DNA of 64,000 nucleotides. Source: an uncultured Actinomycetota bacterium. GTDB taxonomy: Bacteria > Actinomycetota > Acidimicrobiia > Spongiisociales > UBA4744. The stretch covers positions 128,882-192,881 of the forward strand of contig CAVRPP010000010.1 in NCBI GenBank assembly GCA_963723165.1, read 5' to 3'. Numbering within the stretch: position 1 is the stretch's first letter; each line of letters starts with the position of its first letter. A program made the position numbers and the translations under genes. The notes beneath the pieces were generated by a model. It was not told the origin of the DNA. It did no database searches and was given only the letters and a program-made list of their open reading frames with translations. Of this stretch, positions 1-9,203 are shown piece after piece.

Positions 1-157
1 TATCGACGGTGGCCATGATCGCCCTCATCCCATCAACCGCTGCCTGATCAACCATTTCCTTGTCTCCCCGGCCTTGCCAGCGGGCGGCAGCCATGGCAGC
101 CGCCTCCGTCACTCGCACCAGCTCCAGAGCAAGATTGCGTTCCGGTACCTCAGCCAT

Positions 158-1339
158 TCAGCCCTCCACGTTGATGATCAATGCGTCCCCCTGACCTCCG
201 CCCCCGCACAGCGAGGCCGCGCCGACACCGCCACCGCGGCGTCTCAGTTCATTCACCAGCGTAACGATCAGACGCCCCCCGGTCGCTCCGATTGGATGAC
301 CGAGCGCTACTGCACCTCCGTTGACGTTCACTTTGCTGTGATCGAGGCCGAGCATGTCAGCCGACCACAATGCCACCGCTGCGAACGCCTCATTGATCTC
401 AACCAGGTCGAGGTCTCCGGCGGACATTCCCGCCTTCTTCAGAGCTAGGGCCAGAGCCTCGGCGGGCCGTTCCTGCAGGGTGGCGTCGGATCCGGCGACC
501 TGGCCGTATGCAACGATCTCTGCCAGGATCGGGAGTCCGGCAGCCTTCGCAGCAGCGCGATCCGCAACGATGACGGCAGCGGCACCGTCCGAGATCTGCG
601 AGGCATTAGCGGCAGTCGTTGTTCCCTCGGGCGTGAACGCCGGGCGCAACTTGCTCAGTTTTTCGACGGTGGTCTCCGGCCGGATTCCCTCGTCGAGCTC
701 GACGGTGACGGGGTCGCCCTTTCTTTGCGGAACCTTCACCGGGACGATCTCACTCTCGAAGACCCCGGTCGCGACGGCCTCAGCGGCCCGGTGATGGCTT
801 TCGGCCGCCCACGCGTCTTGGGCCTCGCGAGTGATGCCAAGCTTGGCGTTCTTCAGGTCGGATGATTCACCCATCGCGCAGTGATCGAACGAACACCACA
901 ACCCGTCGTGCATCATGACATCGACGAGTTGCACATCGCCCATCCGCGCTCCCCATCTGGTGTTCGCCGTCAGATAAGGGGCGTTGCTCATACTCTCCAT
1001 ACCTCCGGCGACCACGAACGATGCCTCACCGAGTCGCACCGAGCGGTCGGCCATGGCGATGGCCGTCAAGCCGGAGAGGCACACTTTGTTGACGGTGGTC
1101 GCGGGAACAGTCATCGGAATGCCTCCCCGAACGGCCGCCTGGCGGGCTGTGATCTGTCCTTCGCCCGCCTGGAGGACCTGCCCGAAGATCACTTCATCAA
1201 CCATGGCAGGGTCCAGCCCAGATCGCCGGAGGGCTTCCCGGATGGCTTCACCACCCATCTCGACTGCACGCAGAGGGGCGAGGCCGCCCCCGAATTTACC
1301 GAGCGGCGTTCTGGCGATTCCGGTAACTACAGCACCCAT
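158..1339 (-). CDS. acetyl-CoA C-acetyltransferase (thiolase)
   Basis: 393-aa ORF; N-term 'VVTGIARTPLGKFGG' and C-term 'NVNGGAVALGHPIGATG...CGGGGQG' are thiolase hallmarks. Confidence 0.9.
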   Translation of the reverse strand: MGAVVTGIARTPLGKFGGGLAPLRAVEMGGEAIREALRRSGLDPAMVDEVIFGQVLQAGEGQITARQAAVRGGIPMTVPATTVNKVCLSGLTAIAMADRSVRLGEASFVVAGGMESMSNAPYLTANTRWGARMGDVQLVDVMMHDGLWCSFDHCAMGESSDLKNAKLGITREAQDAWAAESHHRAAEAVATGVFESEIVPVKVPQRKGDPVTVELDEGIRPETTVEKLSKLRPAFTPEGTTTAANASQISDGAAAVIVADRAAAKAAGLPILAEIVAYGQVAGSDATLQERPAEALALALKKAGMSAGDLDLVEINEAFAAVALWSADMLGLDHSKVNVNGGAVALGHPIGATGGRLIVTLVNELRRRGGGVGAASLCGGGGQGDALIINVEG

Positions 1340-1410
1340 AGCTCACTCCTCTCTGCTCCGCAGGCTACCCGCGGCATGGCTGATCAGGATCGGGCGGGTA
1401 GCCTGCCCGG

Positions 1411-1815
1411 ATGAGGTTGATCAACATCGATCACGTGGCGATCGCCGTGCATGATCTTGACGAGGCGCTCGACGAATACGAACGGCAATACCACGTGCGG
1501 GCTGCGTCCCGAGAGGTCATCGAGGAACAAGGGGTGGAGGAGGCCATGCTTCCCATCGGCGCCTCTCATGTGCAGTTGCTGGCGCCCCTGCACCCCGACA
1601 CGCCCGTTGGCCGCTTCCTGGCCAAACACGGAGAGGGCCTCCATCACATTGCCTATGCAGTTCCCTCGATAGACGAAGCTCTGCGGCATCTGGTCGACGA
1701 GGAGGTAGAGCTGATCGACGATCATCCGCGGGTAGGCGGAGGCGGGCACCGGATCGCCTTCGTGCATCCCCGGGCCCTGGCCGGTACGCTCATCGAACTG
1801 GTGGAACTGCAATGA
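1411..1815 (+). CDS. methylmalonyl-CoA epimerase (VOC/glyoxalase family)
   Basis: 134 aa; 'INIDHVAIAV...GEGLHHIAYAV...HPR' glyoxalase-fold epimerase pattern; ATG at 1411. Confidence 0.8.
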   Translation: MRLINIDHVAIAVHDLDEALDEYERQYHVRAASREVIEEQGVEEAMLPIGASHVQLLAPLHPDTPVGRFLAKHGEGLHHIAYAVPSIDEALRHLVDEEVELIDDHPRVGGGGHRIAFVHPRALAGTLIELVELQ

Positions 1816-2114
1816 GTGATCAAGAACCTGAGTCAGACACTTCACCCGGGGTTGAGAACACCGGAGAACTTGACGATTCCCAGATCGAGATTACCGGTGG
1901 CGCCGGTCCCTACGAAGCCGCCGCGATCATGGCTGCCATCGACGCCGCCTTGACCGAAGAGCTGGTCAACCTGGCCGTTCCCAGCCAACCGGACACACCA
2001 GGTGCCTGGTTCATGTCCGGCCGACCACACGTGGTCCTCGGTCCGCGAGTAACGTTCCAGGGTCTCTCACCCACCCCCGGTTCCGACGACGAAAACGGCG
2101 GCCCGGAGAACTGA
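1812..2114 (+). CDS. small acidic hypothetical protein, translationally coupled to epimerase (possible acyl-CoA carboxylase epsilon-like)
   Basis: ATGA overlap with the preceding stop; Ala-rich 'AAAIMAAIDAAL' segment. Function unknown. Confidence 0.45.
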   Translation: MSDQEPESDTSPGVENTGELDDSQIEITGGAGPYEAAAIMAAIDAALTEELVNLAVPSQPDTPGAWFMSGRPHVVLGPRVTFQGLSPTPGSDDENGGPEN

Positions 2115-2139
2115 GGCAAGGCCCAGCTCGCTTCGCTCG

Positions 2140-2176
2140 CAGTTCTCAGTTACCAGTTACCGGTTTCCAGTTCTGA
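2140..2176. repeat. degenerate heptamer tandem array (CAGTTCT/CAGTTAC)x5, preceded by TCGCTTCGCTCGC box
   Basis: read directly from the sequence; 7-nt periodicity. Confidence 0.8.
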
Positions 2177-2204
2177 TCCCATCGCCATCAGGTGGTATGC
2201 CTCA

Positions 2205-2253
2205 CTGGCTACTGGCTACTGGCTACTGGCTACTGGCTACTGGCTACTGGTTG
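2205..2253. repeat. perfect (CTGGCTA)6 heptanucleotide tandem repeat plus one variant unit
   Basis: 6 identical 7-mers from 2205 to 2246 then CTGGTTG; non-coding, ~45 nt upstream of the 2297 gene start. Confidence 0.95.
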
Positions 2254-2296
2254 CTGATTCCTCAATGCGGACCGGTATTAGACCGAAATACCTGTT

Positions 2297-3391
2297 GTGA
2301 ACGCCCCGTTGGCCGGTTCCGAGGTTCGTCGAACCGAGCGCGCCACCCATCTCGTCATCCTGATGGTGGTGCTCGGCTTGCTGCTGCCGTTGCTGCTCTG
2401 GCCCGGTATCGCCGCGCTGGTGTGGTCCCTGCGTTCCGAAAGCAAGCTCAGTCTGGTGGTCTACGACCAGACCGTTCCAGACGCTTCCTATCTGGAGCAC
2501 GCCTCGCTCGGGTTGGTGCTCGAGTACGAGAAGGTTCCCTTTGCCAAGGAGGATTCCTTCATAGGCGCAGGACCCGGTGGAGCCCCGCACGGGGCCTGGC
2601 CTGCAACCGCGCCGGATCTGATCATGCTGGTCGATGCCTACGGGGTCTACGTCGACGACGACGGCGAGGTATCGGACCAGGGCACTAATCGCATAACGGA
2701 TGCGTTCGGGGAAGAGGATGCCGACACCGTTCTGGACTGGGCCGCTTCGGGGACCATGGTATTTGGGGAGTTCAACATCTTTGGCGAACCGACGGCGTCT
2801 CCGGCGTCGCTGAGACTCCAGGGACTCTTCGGCGTGGAGCGAACCGGGTGGGCGGGGCGGCCCTTCGATGATCTGGCCGCCGTCCCTGAGCGTTTGATGG
2901 CCCTGGCCGGAGGGACCTGGGATTACACCGGTGGGGGCATCGTTCTGCTGGCGCCGGGACCGGAAGGTGCCTCGGTGGTGGTGCTCACCGCCGATGAGTT
3001 GGCGGATCCACTGCCGGTCGTTGAAGGGACCCTCCCCGGCTCGGGCCGGTCCGCGGCGGCGAGGCTGGATGGATGGTTCGAGATCATCGCCGCCGCTCCC
3101 GGAACAGAGGTAGACATGCTGATGCGGCTTCCGGTGAACGAATCCGGTCGTATTCTCCTCAGTCAGGCGGGCATACCGACGGAATGGCCCTTCCTGGTCC
3201 GTACCGAGAAATCCCTCTACCTGGCCGCCGATGCTTCCGAGAACAGTGTTGAGTTCCCATTGCGAAGGATGACAGGCTCTCCGGCCTTGATGCGGGTTCT
3301 GCCGCAGTCGCCGGAAACCGAATTCTTCTACAGGGTGTACATGCCCGTGGTGCGATGGCTCGTGGACAATGCCAACTCAGAGGACCGATAG
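2297..3391 (+). CDS. membrane-anchored hypothetical protein (N-terminal TM helix, large extracytoplasmic domain). First gene of a putative exopolysaccharide module
   Basis: GTG at 2297 (alternative ATG at 2363); hydrophobic 'LVILMVVLGLLLPLLLWPGIAALVW'; no recognisable catalytic motif. Confidence 0.6.
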   Translation: MNAPLAGSEVRRTERATHLVILMVVLGLLLPLLLWPGIAALVWSLRSESKLSLVVYDQTVPDASYLEHASLGLVLEYEKVPFAKEDSFIGAGPGGAPHGAWPATAPDLIMLVDAYGVYVDDDGEVSDQGTNRITDAFGEEDADTVLDWAASGTMVFGEFNIFGEPTASPASLRLQGLFGVERTGWAGRPFDDLAAVPERLMALAGGTWDYTGGGIVLLAPGPEGASVVVLTADELADPLPVVEGTLPGSGRSAAARLDGWFEIIAAAPGTEVDMLMRLPVNESGRILLSQAGIPTEWPFLVRTEKSLYLAADASENSVEFPLRRMTGSPALMRVLPQSPETEFFYRVYMPVVRWLVDNANSEDR

Positions 3392-3434
3392 CCAGTGCTG
3401 ATTCCAGATCGCATTCACAGTAAGGTTTGGCGTT

Positions 3435-3821
3435 GTGAGTAGACCGCAAGTCCTGGTTGCCGAGGATGATCGTGTGGTTTCACTGCTCATCGCTCGCAGC
3501 CTCGAAGGCGTTGGTGCGCAGATCACCACCGTATACGACGGTATCGAGGCCTTCGAAGTGGACGTCACCACGGATTTCAATCTGGTTTTGCTCGACCAGG
3601 TGATGCCGGGCCTTCTGGGGGTGGAGGTCCTGCAACGCTGGATCGACGACGGCAAGAACATGCCGGTCATCATGGTGTCGGCGCTCACCGCCGAAGAAGA
3701 CATCGTCCGCTGCCTGGAACTTGGTGCGGTCGACTTCATTCGTAAGCCGTTCAGCGTGAGGGAGTTGCTGGCCCGGGTGAAAGTGCACCTGCGCGCCCAG
3801 GGCTTCGAACCGGAGCTTTAG
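3435..3821 (+). CDS. stand-alone response-regulator receiver protein (CheY-like)
   Basis: 128 aa; canonical receiver residues are present: acidic pair 'EDD', phospho-Asp in 'LLDQVMPG', 'MVSAL', 'FIRKPF'; no output domain. Confidence 0.85.
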   Translation: MSRPQVLVAEDDRVVSLLIARSLEGVGAQITTVYDGIEAFEVDVTTDFNLVLLDQVMPGLLGVEVLQRWIDDGKNMPVIMVSALTAEEDIVRCLELGAVDFIRKPFSVRELLARVKVHLRAQGFEPEL

Positions 3822-3826
3822 GGCGT

Positions 3827-3888
3827 CCTCCCCCTGACGAGCGGAGCTCGTCGGTGAGGGGGAGGTGTCGAGACCGGATAGGTCTCGG
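3827..3888 (+). terminator. two consecutive GC-rich hairpins downstream of the receiver gene
   Basis: CCTCCCCCTGACGAGC..GCTCGTCGGTGAGGGGGAGG followed by CGAGACC-GGATA-GGTCTCG; no U-tract. Confidence 0.4.
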
Positions 3889-4104
3889 TGGAGGGGGGAT
3901 CGTTCTCACCACGGTGCATTGGGTTTCCGCATGTATTTGCCCCCGCGAACGCATCAATAGGCCTCCTTCGCGTGCCGATGCAATAAGCCAGGAGGAATTC
4001 ATGTCGTGCGCCCTCAACTTGTGGACGCGTCGGCCTGCCGTGCTCTTCAGCACCGGCGAGGCCGCCTGCTCGCGCGCCGCCTCCGTTTCGGGGTGGGGTG
4101 AATC

Positions 4105-5283
4105 GTGAGCGAACTCATGCTTCCCATCCTTGCCATCCTCGGCGCAGTAACTGCAATTGCCGGTTCGAGCCTCTTTGTCTACAAACTGATCCGCCATCGC
4201 CGTGAACGGTTCGATGAGTTCCGGCGGGCCTCGTACATCGGGGCGCTGAGCGAGATGGCCACCCGCTCCGGGTATCCCCTGGAGATGTTGCGCCGCTGGT
4301 CACCCGATGGTGTGTTCCTCGAGACCCTGCTCGAGTTCTTGAAGTTCCTGCAGGGTGGTGAGCGTCAGAACCTCCTCCGTCTGGCCAGGGAGTTGGGGAT
4401 CGTCGAACGTTTCGTCACCGAGCTCCGCACCTCAAAAGGCCGCAACACCCGCGTGCAGGCGGTCAAAGCCCTGGCCGAGTTTGCCGATCCGGCCTCCGCC
4501 GATGCGCTGCTTGAAGCGCTCGGGGACAAGGTTGATGAGATCCGCTGGCAGGCCGCCGGAGCTCTTGCCAAGATCGGGGATCCGCGAGCCGTCCGGCCCT
4601 TGCTCGAGACTCTGCAAACGGAATCGGAGTGGGGGGCCAGCCGGATCGGCGACACGCTGGTGTCCTTCGGAGCGGCTGCCGTCCCCGACCTGGCTCGATA
4701 TGCCCTGCTCAGCGATCCCAACCTATCTTCGAACACCGCCCATCTGCCGCTGATTGCGAGAGTTCTTGGGATAATCGGCGACGTTCGCGCCGAGCCGGCA
4801 ATGCTGTCCGCGCTCGAGTCGGATGAGGCCGAATTGCGGATCCGGGCGGCCGCCGCCCTCGGAACAGTCGGGTCGCTGGCTTGTGTTCCTGCCCTGCTCA
4901 GGGGTCTGCATGATTCCGAGTGGGAGGTGCGGGCCCAAGCGGCTGCCGCCCTCGGGCGGCAAATGGACGGACGGGCCATCGAAGGCCTCCGGGGAGCAAT
5001 GCGCGACGAGAACTGGTGGGTCCGCCAAAACAGCGCTCAGGCTCTCTCGGAGATCCCTGGTGGCGTCGTCGCTCTGGTCGAGGGTCTCGAGGACGAAGAT
5101 CGGTTCGCCCGCGACGCTTCCATCGAGCGCCTCATGGCAATGGGTCTGGTCCGCAAGGCGGTTGACGCGGTCAAGGGTGGAGCGGGCGACGATCAAGACC
5201 GCCATATCGTGCGCCAGCTCGTCGTGTTGGGCAGGGGTGAATACCTGCAGGACAAAGCAGCGAACGAAAAGGTGGCCGGATGA
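4105..5283 (+). CDS. HEAT/PBS-lyase-repeat protein with N-terminal TM helix
   Basis: GTG at 4105; N-terminal hydrophobic helix; repeated 'VRxxAAxALGxxGDxRAVxPL' HEAT-like units; stop overlaps the next start (ATGA at 5280). Confidence 0.75.
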   Translation: MSELMLPILAILGAVTAIAGSSLFVYKLIRHRRERFDEFRRASYIGALSEMATRSGYPLEMLRRWSPDGVFLETLLEFLKFLQGGERQNLLRLARELGIVERFVTELRTSKGRNTRVQAVKALAEFADPASADALLEALGDKVDEIRWQAAGALAKIGDPRAVRPLLETLQTESEWGASRIGDTLVSFGAAAVPDLARYALLSDPNLSSNTAHLPLIARVLGIIGDVRAEPAMLSALESDEAELRIRAAAALGTVGSLACVPALLRGLHDSEWEVRAQAAAALGRQMDGRAIEGLRGAMRDENWWVRQNSAQALSEIPGGVVALVEGLEDEDRFARDASIERLMAMGLVRKAVDAVKGGAGDDQDRHIVRQLVVLGRGEYLQDKAANEKVAG

Positions 5284-6692
5284 GTTTCATTGAACTGTTC
5301 AGCTACGTGATCCTGGCCTACTTCATCGTGATGGAGCTGCAACTGCTGTTCGTGAGCGCAGTGTCGTTCTTTGCGCTTCGCCGGGACCACTTCACGTCGT
5401 CGCACGGCCGGCTCCACGACATGCTGACCTCCGACACGACGCCGCCCGTTTCGATCATTATTCCGGCCTACAACGAGGCTGCCGGGATAACGGAATCGGT
5501 ACGGTCGATGGCCATGCTGAAGTACACCCGGAAAGAAATCATCGTCGTCAACGACGGCAGTTCCGATGAGACGGTGAAGCGGATGATCGACGAGTTCAGG
5601 ATGGAACCCATTGACGTTCCGTTCCGGCCCAGCCTCGAAACCGAAGTCATCCACCGCGTATACAAATCTCGACTCCCGTTGCCGATCGTTCTGGTCGACA
5701 AGGAAAACGGAGGCAAGGGAGACGCGATCAACGCGGGAATCAACATCGCCCGTTATCCGTATGTGATGGCTACCGACGCCGATATGGTGCTCGATGACGA
5801 GTGCCTGCTGCGGGCCGTCCGGCATTTCGTCGAGGATCGCTCGCGGACCATTGCCGTTGGGGGCAATGTGCGTCCTTTGAACGGCTGTGAGGTCCGGAGG
5901 GGCAAGGTCACCAATGTTTCGCTGCCCCGTCGCCCCGTCGAACTGGCACAGGTCGTCGAATACATTCGCGGGTTCCTGTCGGCCCGGCCGGGTTGGTCGG
6001 CGCTGGGCTCGCTCCTCATCGTGTCCGGTGCCTTCGGGATCTTCCAGAAAGCGGCGGTGATCGAAGTCGGTGGGTTCCGGCATGGTCATCTGGGCGAGGA
6101 CATGGAGCTGACGATGCGGCTGCACCGTCACTTCCGCAAGCGGCGGATTCCCTACCGGATCGTCTATGCCCCCGACGCGGTGGCATGGACGGAAGTGCCC
6201 GTAACCCGTCAGGTCCTGAGGAAACAGCGGATCCGCTGGCACCGCGGGTTGATGCAGGTCATCTGGCAGTACAAAGCCATGCTGTTCAACCCGCGTTATG
6301 GGGTCGTCGGCATGCTCGGCTGGCCCGCCTTCGTCGCGTTTGAGTTCGTAGCTCCGATCGTCGAGTTCGTCGGGTGGTTGGTGATACCGGCGTCGATCAT
6401 TCTGGGGTTCCTGAACTGGGAAATCGCCCTGCCCCTGCTGCTCGTCTCGCTCATTCTCGGTGCAGCCAACTCGCTGATAGGGCTCTTTCTCGACGAGCGC
6501 TTCGGCTACTACAACGCGCCGGGCGAGGCCGCCAAACTGCTGGTCTATTCGCTCGGCGAGCAACTGGGGATGCGACAGCGCACCGTATGGTGGCGGGTGA
6601 GAGCCATGTTCTGGAATCCGCGCTTCAAGACCTGGGGTGACATGCAGCGCACCGGCGTCGGGAATCTCGGTTCGGAGAAGGGTTCGGGCTAA
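5280..6692 (+). CDS. processive family-2 glycosyltransferase (PgaC/IcaA/NodC/cellulose-synthase-like polysaccharide synthase)
   Basis: 470 aa; 'IIIPAYNE', 'VNDGSSD', 'DAD', 'GEDMELTMRL', 'QRIRWHRG' (QxxRW) motifs; TM helices at the N-terminus and as a C-terminal bundle. Confidence 0.85.
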   Translation: MSFIELFSYVILAYFIVMELQLLFVSAVSFFALRRDHFTSSHGRLHDMLTSDTTPPVSIIIPAYNEAAGITESVRSMAMLKYTRKEIIVVNDGSSDETVKRMIDEFRMEPIDVPFRPSLETEVIHRVYKSRLPLPIVLVDKENGGKGDAINAGINIARYPYVMATDADMVLDDECLLRAVRHFVEDRSRTIAVGGNVRPLNGCEVRRGKVTNVSLPRRPVELAQVVEYIRGFLSARPGWSALGSLLIVSGAFGIFQKAAVIEVGGFRHGHLGEDMELTMRLHRHFRKRRIPYRIVYAPDAVAWTEVPVTRQVLRKQRIRWHRGLMQVIWQYKAMLFNPRYGVVGMLGWPAFVAFEFVAPIVEFVGWLVIPASIILGFLNWEIALPLLLVSLILGAANSLIGLFLDERFGYYNAPGEAAKLLVYSLGEQLGMRQRTVWWRVRAMFWNPRFKTWGDMQRTGVGNLGSEKGSG

Positions 6693-6701
6693 ACAGCAAA
6701 C

Positions 6702-6743
6702 GAGTTCCCCGGTTACTGGTTCGCAGTTCGCAGTTCCCAGTTC
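6702..6743. repeat. heptamer tandem array (NCAGTTC-like)x6 in a convergent intergenic region
   Basis: GAGTTCC CCGGTTA CTGGTTC GCAGTTC GCAGTTC CCAGTTC. Confidence 0.8.
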
Positions 6744-6777
6744 GCAGGAATGGTGTGCCTTCAGTGACGACTGACGA

Positions 6778-8346
6778 CTACTTCATCCGCTTCCGCAGCT
6801 CGTGCAGTTCGGGTGAGCGCATCAGTCGGGAAACGGCCAGGTAGACGGCCATCACAATGGCGGCACCAATCGCCACCAGTCCGAGTGAACCCCAGAACCC
6901 GGGTAGTTCGTCTCCCGAAATCCACTGCACCGCCAGCCAGGCAATCGGTGCGGAAACTGCCACCCCGACTGAACCTCTCACCAGGGCGCCGGCAATGGCG
7001 GAGACCCCCTCGCGACCCGCTCTCGAGTGCCAGGCGGTCCCCAGGACGATGGTGTAGAGAACCATTGCCAGGGTGCTGGCCACGGCGAAACCGGGCTCAT
7101 CGAAGCGGCTCAACCACCAGTACAGACCGATGGCTACGACGGTGCCGGCAGTTCCTATGAATACCGGGGTCCACATCTGGCGGCGAGCATAGAAGGCCCG
7201 GGAGTAGATCTGGTGGGCACCCCAGGCAGGGACCGAGAGGCCGTAGAACACCAGCAGCGTTGCCGTGAGCACGGTGTCGCTCGGACCGAACTCGCCCCGC
7301 TCGTAGACGACCCGTACGGCCGGTTGGGAAAGAGCGAGGATGGCGGCGACGGCCGGGGCGCTGACGAAAATGGTGTACCGGATCGTCCTGGCGACGGTGG
7401 CTGCCATCTCCTGAAGCTTGCCTTCTTCGACCAGTCTGGCCAGATAGGGATAGGCAGCCACGCCCGCAGTTTGGGCGATGACCCCGATGGGCAGCATGTT
7501 CAAACGGCGTGCGTAGGTGAGCGCAGAGATGCCACCTGCCTCGGTCAGCTGGCCGAAGAGCCGGACGAACTGTTCGTCGAGCACAGCGATCGATTGCCCG
7601 AGCATCAGAGGGAGGGCCAACAGCAAGTACTCCCGGAGAGCGGGATGCCGGAGCGGAACGCCGTTCACCCACCGCAGACCGGCCCGGCGGGCCCCGTACC
7701 ACTGCAGAGCGAAGTTGCCGACAAAGGCCCCCCCGACCGCACCCCAGGCGAAACCGGCAGCTGAGGTGCTGCCGATGGCCCACGAAATGAGTCCACCGGC
7801 GATGATGCCGAGGTTGTAGATGACCGGTGCGACGGCGGGGATGGCGAAACGCTGATGAGCGTATTGGACGGCCATCCACAGCGAACCAAGCACAAAGAAG
7901 ATCTGGGCGGGGAGGACGATGCGAGTAAGCCGGGTCACCTCGGCAGCCTGGGAGACGTCGAAGCGCGGGTACACCAGGTCCGTCAGCGATCCGGCGAAGA
8001 TCATCGCCAGTACCGTCAAGCCGAGCATCGCCAGTGCCACCGGACGAAAGACGGCGGCGAAAGCCCGATGTCCTTCCTCCACGTCGCCCCGCACCATGTG
8101 GCGAGTGATGATCGGGATGAAGGTCACCGTGAGGTACCCGCCGGCCATCAGATAGAACAGGACGTCGGGGATGACGAAGGCTGCCTGGTAGGCATCCCCG
8201 GCGGCGGTGTTGCCCAACAGGCCTGCCAGTGCGACGTTGCGAAGCATGCCGAGGACACGGGAAAGGAGGATCCCGGCGGATACGACCAGAGCGGCTTTGC
8301 CCATCCCTCCTGTCGATCCTCCGCTGTTGTCGCCGGGGTCGCTCAT
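6778..8346 (-). CDS. murJ: lipid II flippase MurJ (MviN)
   Basis: 522 aa; polytopic; 'ALVVSAGILLSRVLGMLRNVALAGLLG...DAYQAAFVIP' is a typical MurJ N-terminus. Confidence 0.85.
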   Translation of the reverse strand: MSDPGDNSGGSTGGMGKAALVVSAGILLSRVLGMLRNVALAGLLGNTAAGDAYQAAFVIPDVLFYLMAGGYLTVTFIPIITRHMVRGDVEEGHRAFAAVFRPVALAMLGLTVLAMIFAGSLTDLVYPRFDVSQAAEVTRLTRIVLPAQIFFVLGSLWMAVQYAHQRFAIPAVAPVIYNLGIIAGGLISWAIGSTSAAGFAWGAVGGAFVGNFALQWYGARRAGLRWVNGVPLRHPALREYLLLALPLMLGQSIAVLDEQFVRLFGQLTEAGGISALTYARRLNMLPIGVIAQTAGVAAYPYLARLVEEGKLQEMAATVARTIRYTIFVSAPAVAAILALSQPAVRVVYERGEFGPSDTVLTATLLVFYGLSVPAWGAHQIYSRAFYARRQMWTPVFIGTAGTVVAIGLYWWLSRFDEPGFAVASTLAMVLYTIVLGTAWHSRAGREGVSAIAGALVRGSVGVAVSAPIAWLAVQWISGDELPGFWGSLGLVAIGAAIVMAVYLAVSRLMRSPELHELRKRMK

Positions 8347-9203
8347 CGGCTCGCCACCAAATCACGATGAATGTCTCGCAATTCCTCCAGGACCGAATCC
8401 GGAACCTCGAGGTCTCCGCGTCCTGATCCCAATTCCAGCCCCTCTTTGTACGAACCGTGGTAGTCGGAGCCACCCGACGGGACCAGACCGAACGAGCGGG
8501 CGATGTGGGCGAGTTCCTCCCGCTGTTCCGGCAGGTAGTCGCCGTAGTAGGCGTCGATTCCAACCAGCCCGGCTGCCGACAGGCGACGATAGGTCCCTGC
8601 GAATTCGGCCGCCGAGGTGTGACCGAGAGTGTGGGGATGGGACAGGATCGAGACGCCACCCGATGCCCGGGCCAGGCCGATGGCCTCCTCAGGTTCGAGC
8701 CGGAAGCGGGGGACGTAGGCAGGTGCCTGATTCCCCAGGTAGTCCGTGAAGGCGGTCGGGATGTCGGCCACAACTCCTTTGCGGACCAGGACGGCCGCAA
8801 AATGGGGTCTTCCAACCACACCAACCTGTGACTCCGCAAAGACTTCGTCCATGGATATGTCGATACCCAGCTGGCGGAGACGGTCGGCGATCCGGTAGTT
8901 CCGCTGAGATCGGCTCGCCTGCAGTTCGCCCAACCGATCCTGCAGCGGCCCGTCGCCCGGCGATACGAACAGGACCACCAGGTGCAGGGCTCCCGCGGTC
9001 CACTCGCAGGAGATTTCTACACCCGGGATCAGTTCGATGGGAAGCTGCTCGGCGGCCTGCTCGGCCGGGGGGATGCCTTCCAGGGTGTCATGGTCGGTGA
9101 GGGCCACGGCCTTCAGATTCTTGGCGACCGCCTTGCGGACCAATTCGGCCGGTTCGTCGGACCCGTCGGAACGGTTGCTGTGGGTGTGTAAATCAACGGC
9201 CAT
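8343..9203 (-). CDS. PHP-domain metal-dependent phosphoesterase
   Basis: 'VDLHTHSNRSDGS' PHP motif; 286 aa. Confidence 0.8.
   Translation of the reverse strand: MAVDLHTHSNRSDGSDEPAELVRKAVAKNLKAVALTDHDTLEGIPPAEQAAEQLPIELIPGVEISCEWTAGALHLVVLFVSPGDGPLQDRLGELQASRSQRNYRIADRLRQLGIDISMDEVFAESQVGVVGRPHFAAVLVRKGVVADIPTAFTDYLGNQAPAYVPRFRLEPEEAIGLARASGGVSILSHPHTLGHTSAAEFAGTYRRLSAAGLVGIDAYYGDYLPEQREELAHIARSFGLVPSGGSDYHGSYKEGLELGSGRGDLEVPDSVLEELRDIHRDLVASR

Noticed and set aside
2140-2253. CRISPR array hypothesis for the tandem repeats
   Set aside because: Repeat units are only 7 nt and have no unique spacers. There are no cas genes. These are microsatellite-like arrays, not CRISPR.
5193-6563. Long antisense ORFs (e.g. 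5193-6563, 7097-8839, 10004-10681, 46805-47935, 52037-53113, 20757-21386) overlapping well-supported genes
   Set aside because: They are Arg/Pro/Gly-rich, have no motifs, and lie opposite genes with clear family signatures. This is the typical open-frame artefact of high-GC DNA.
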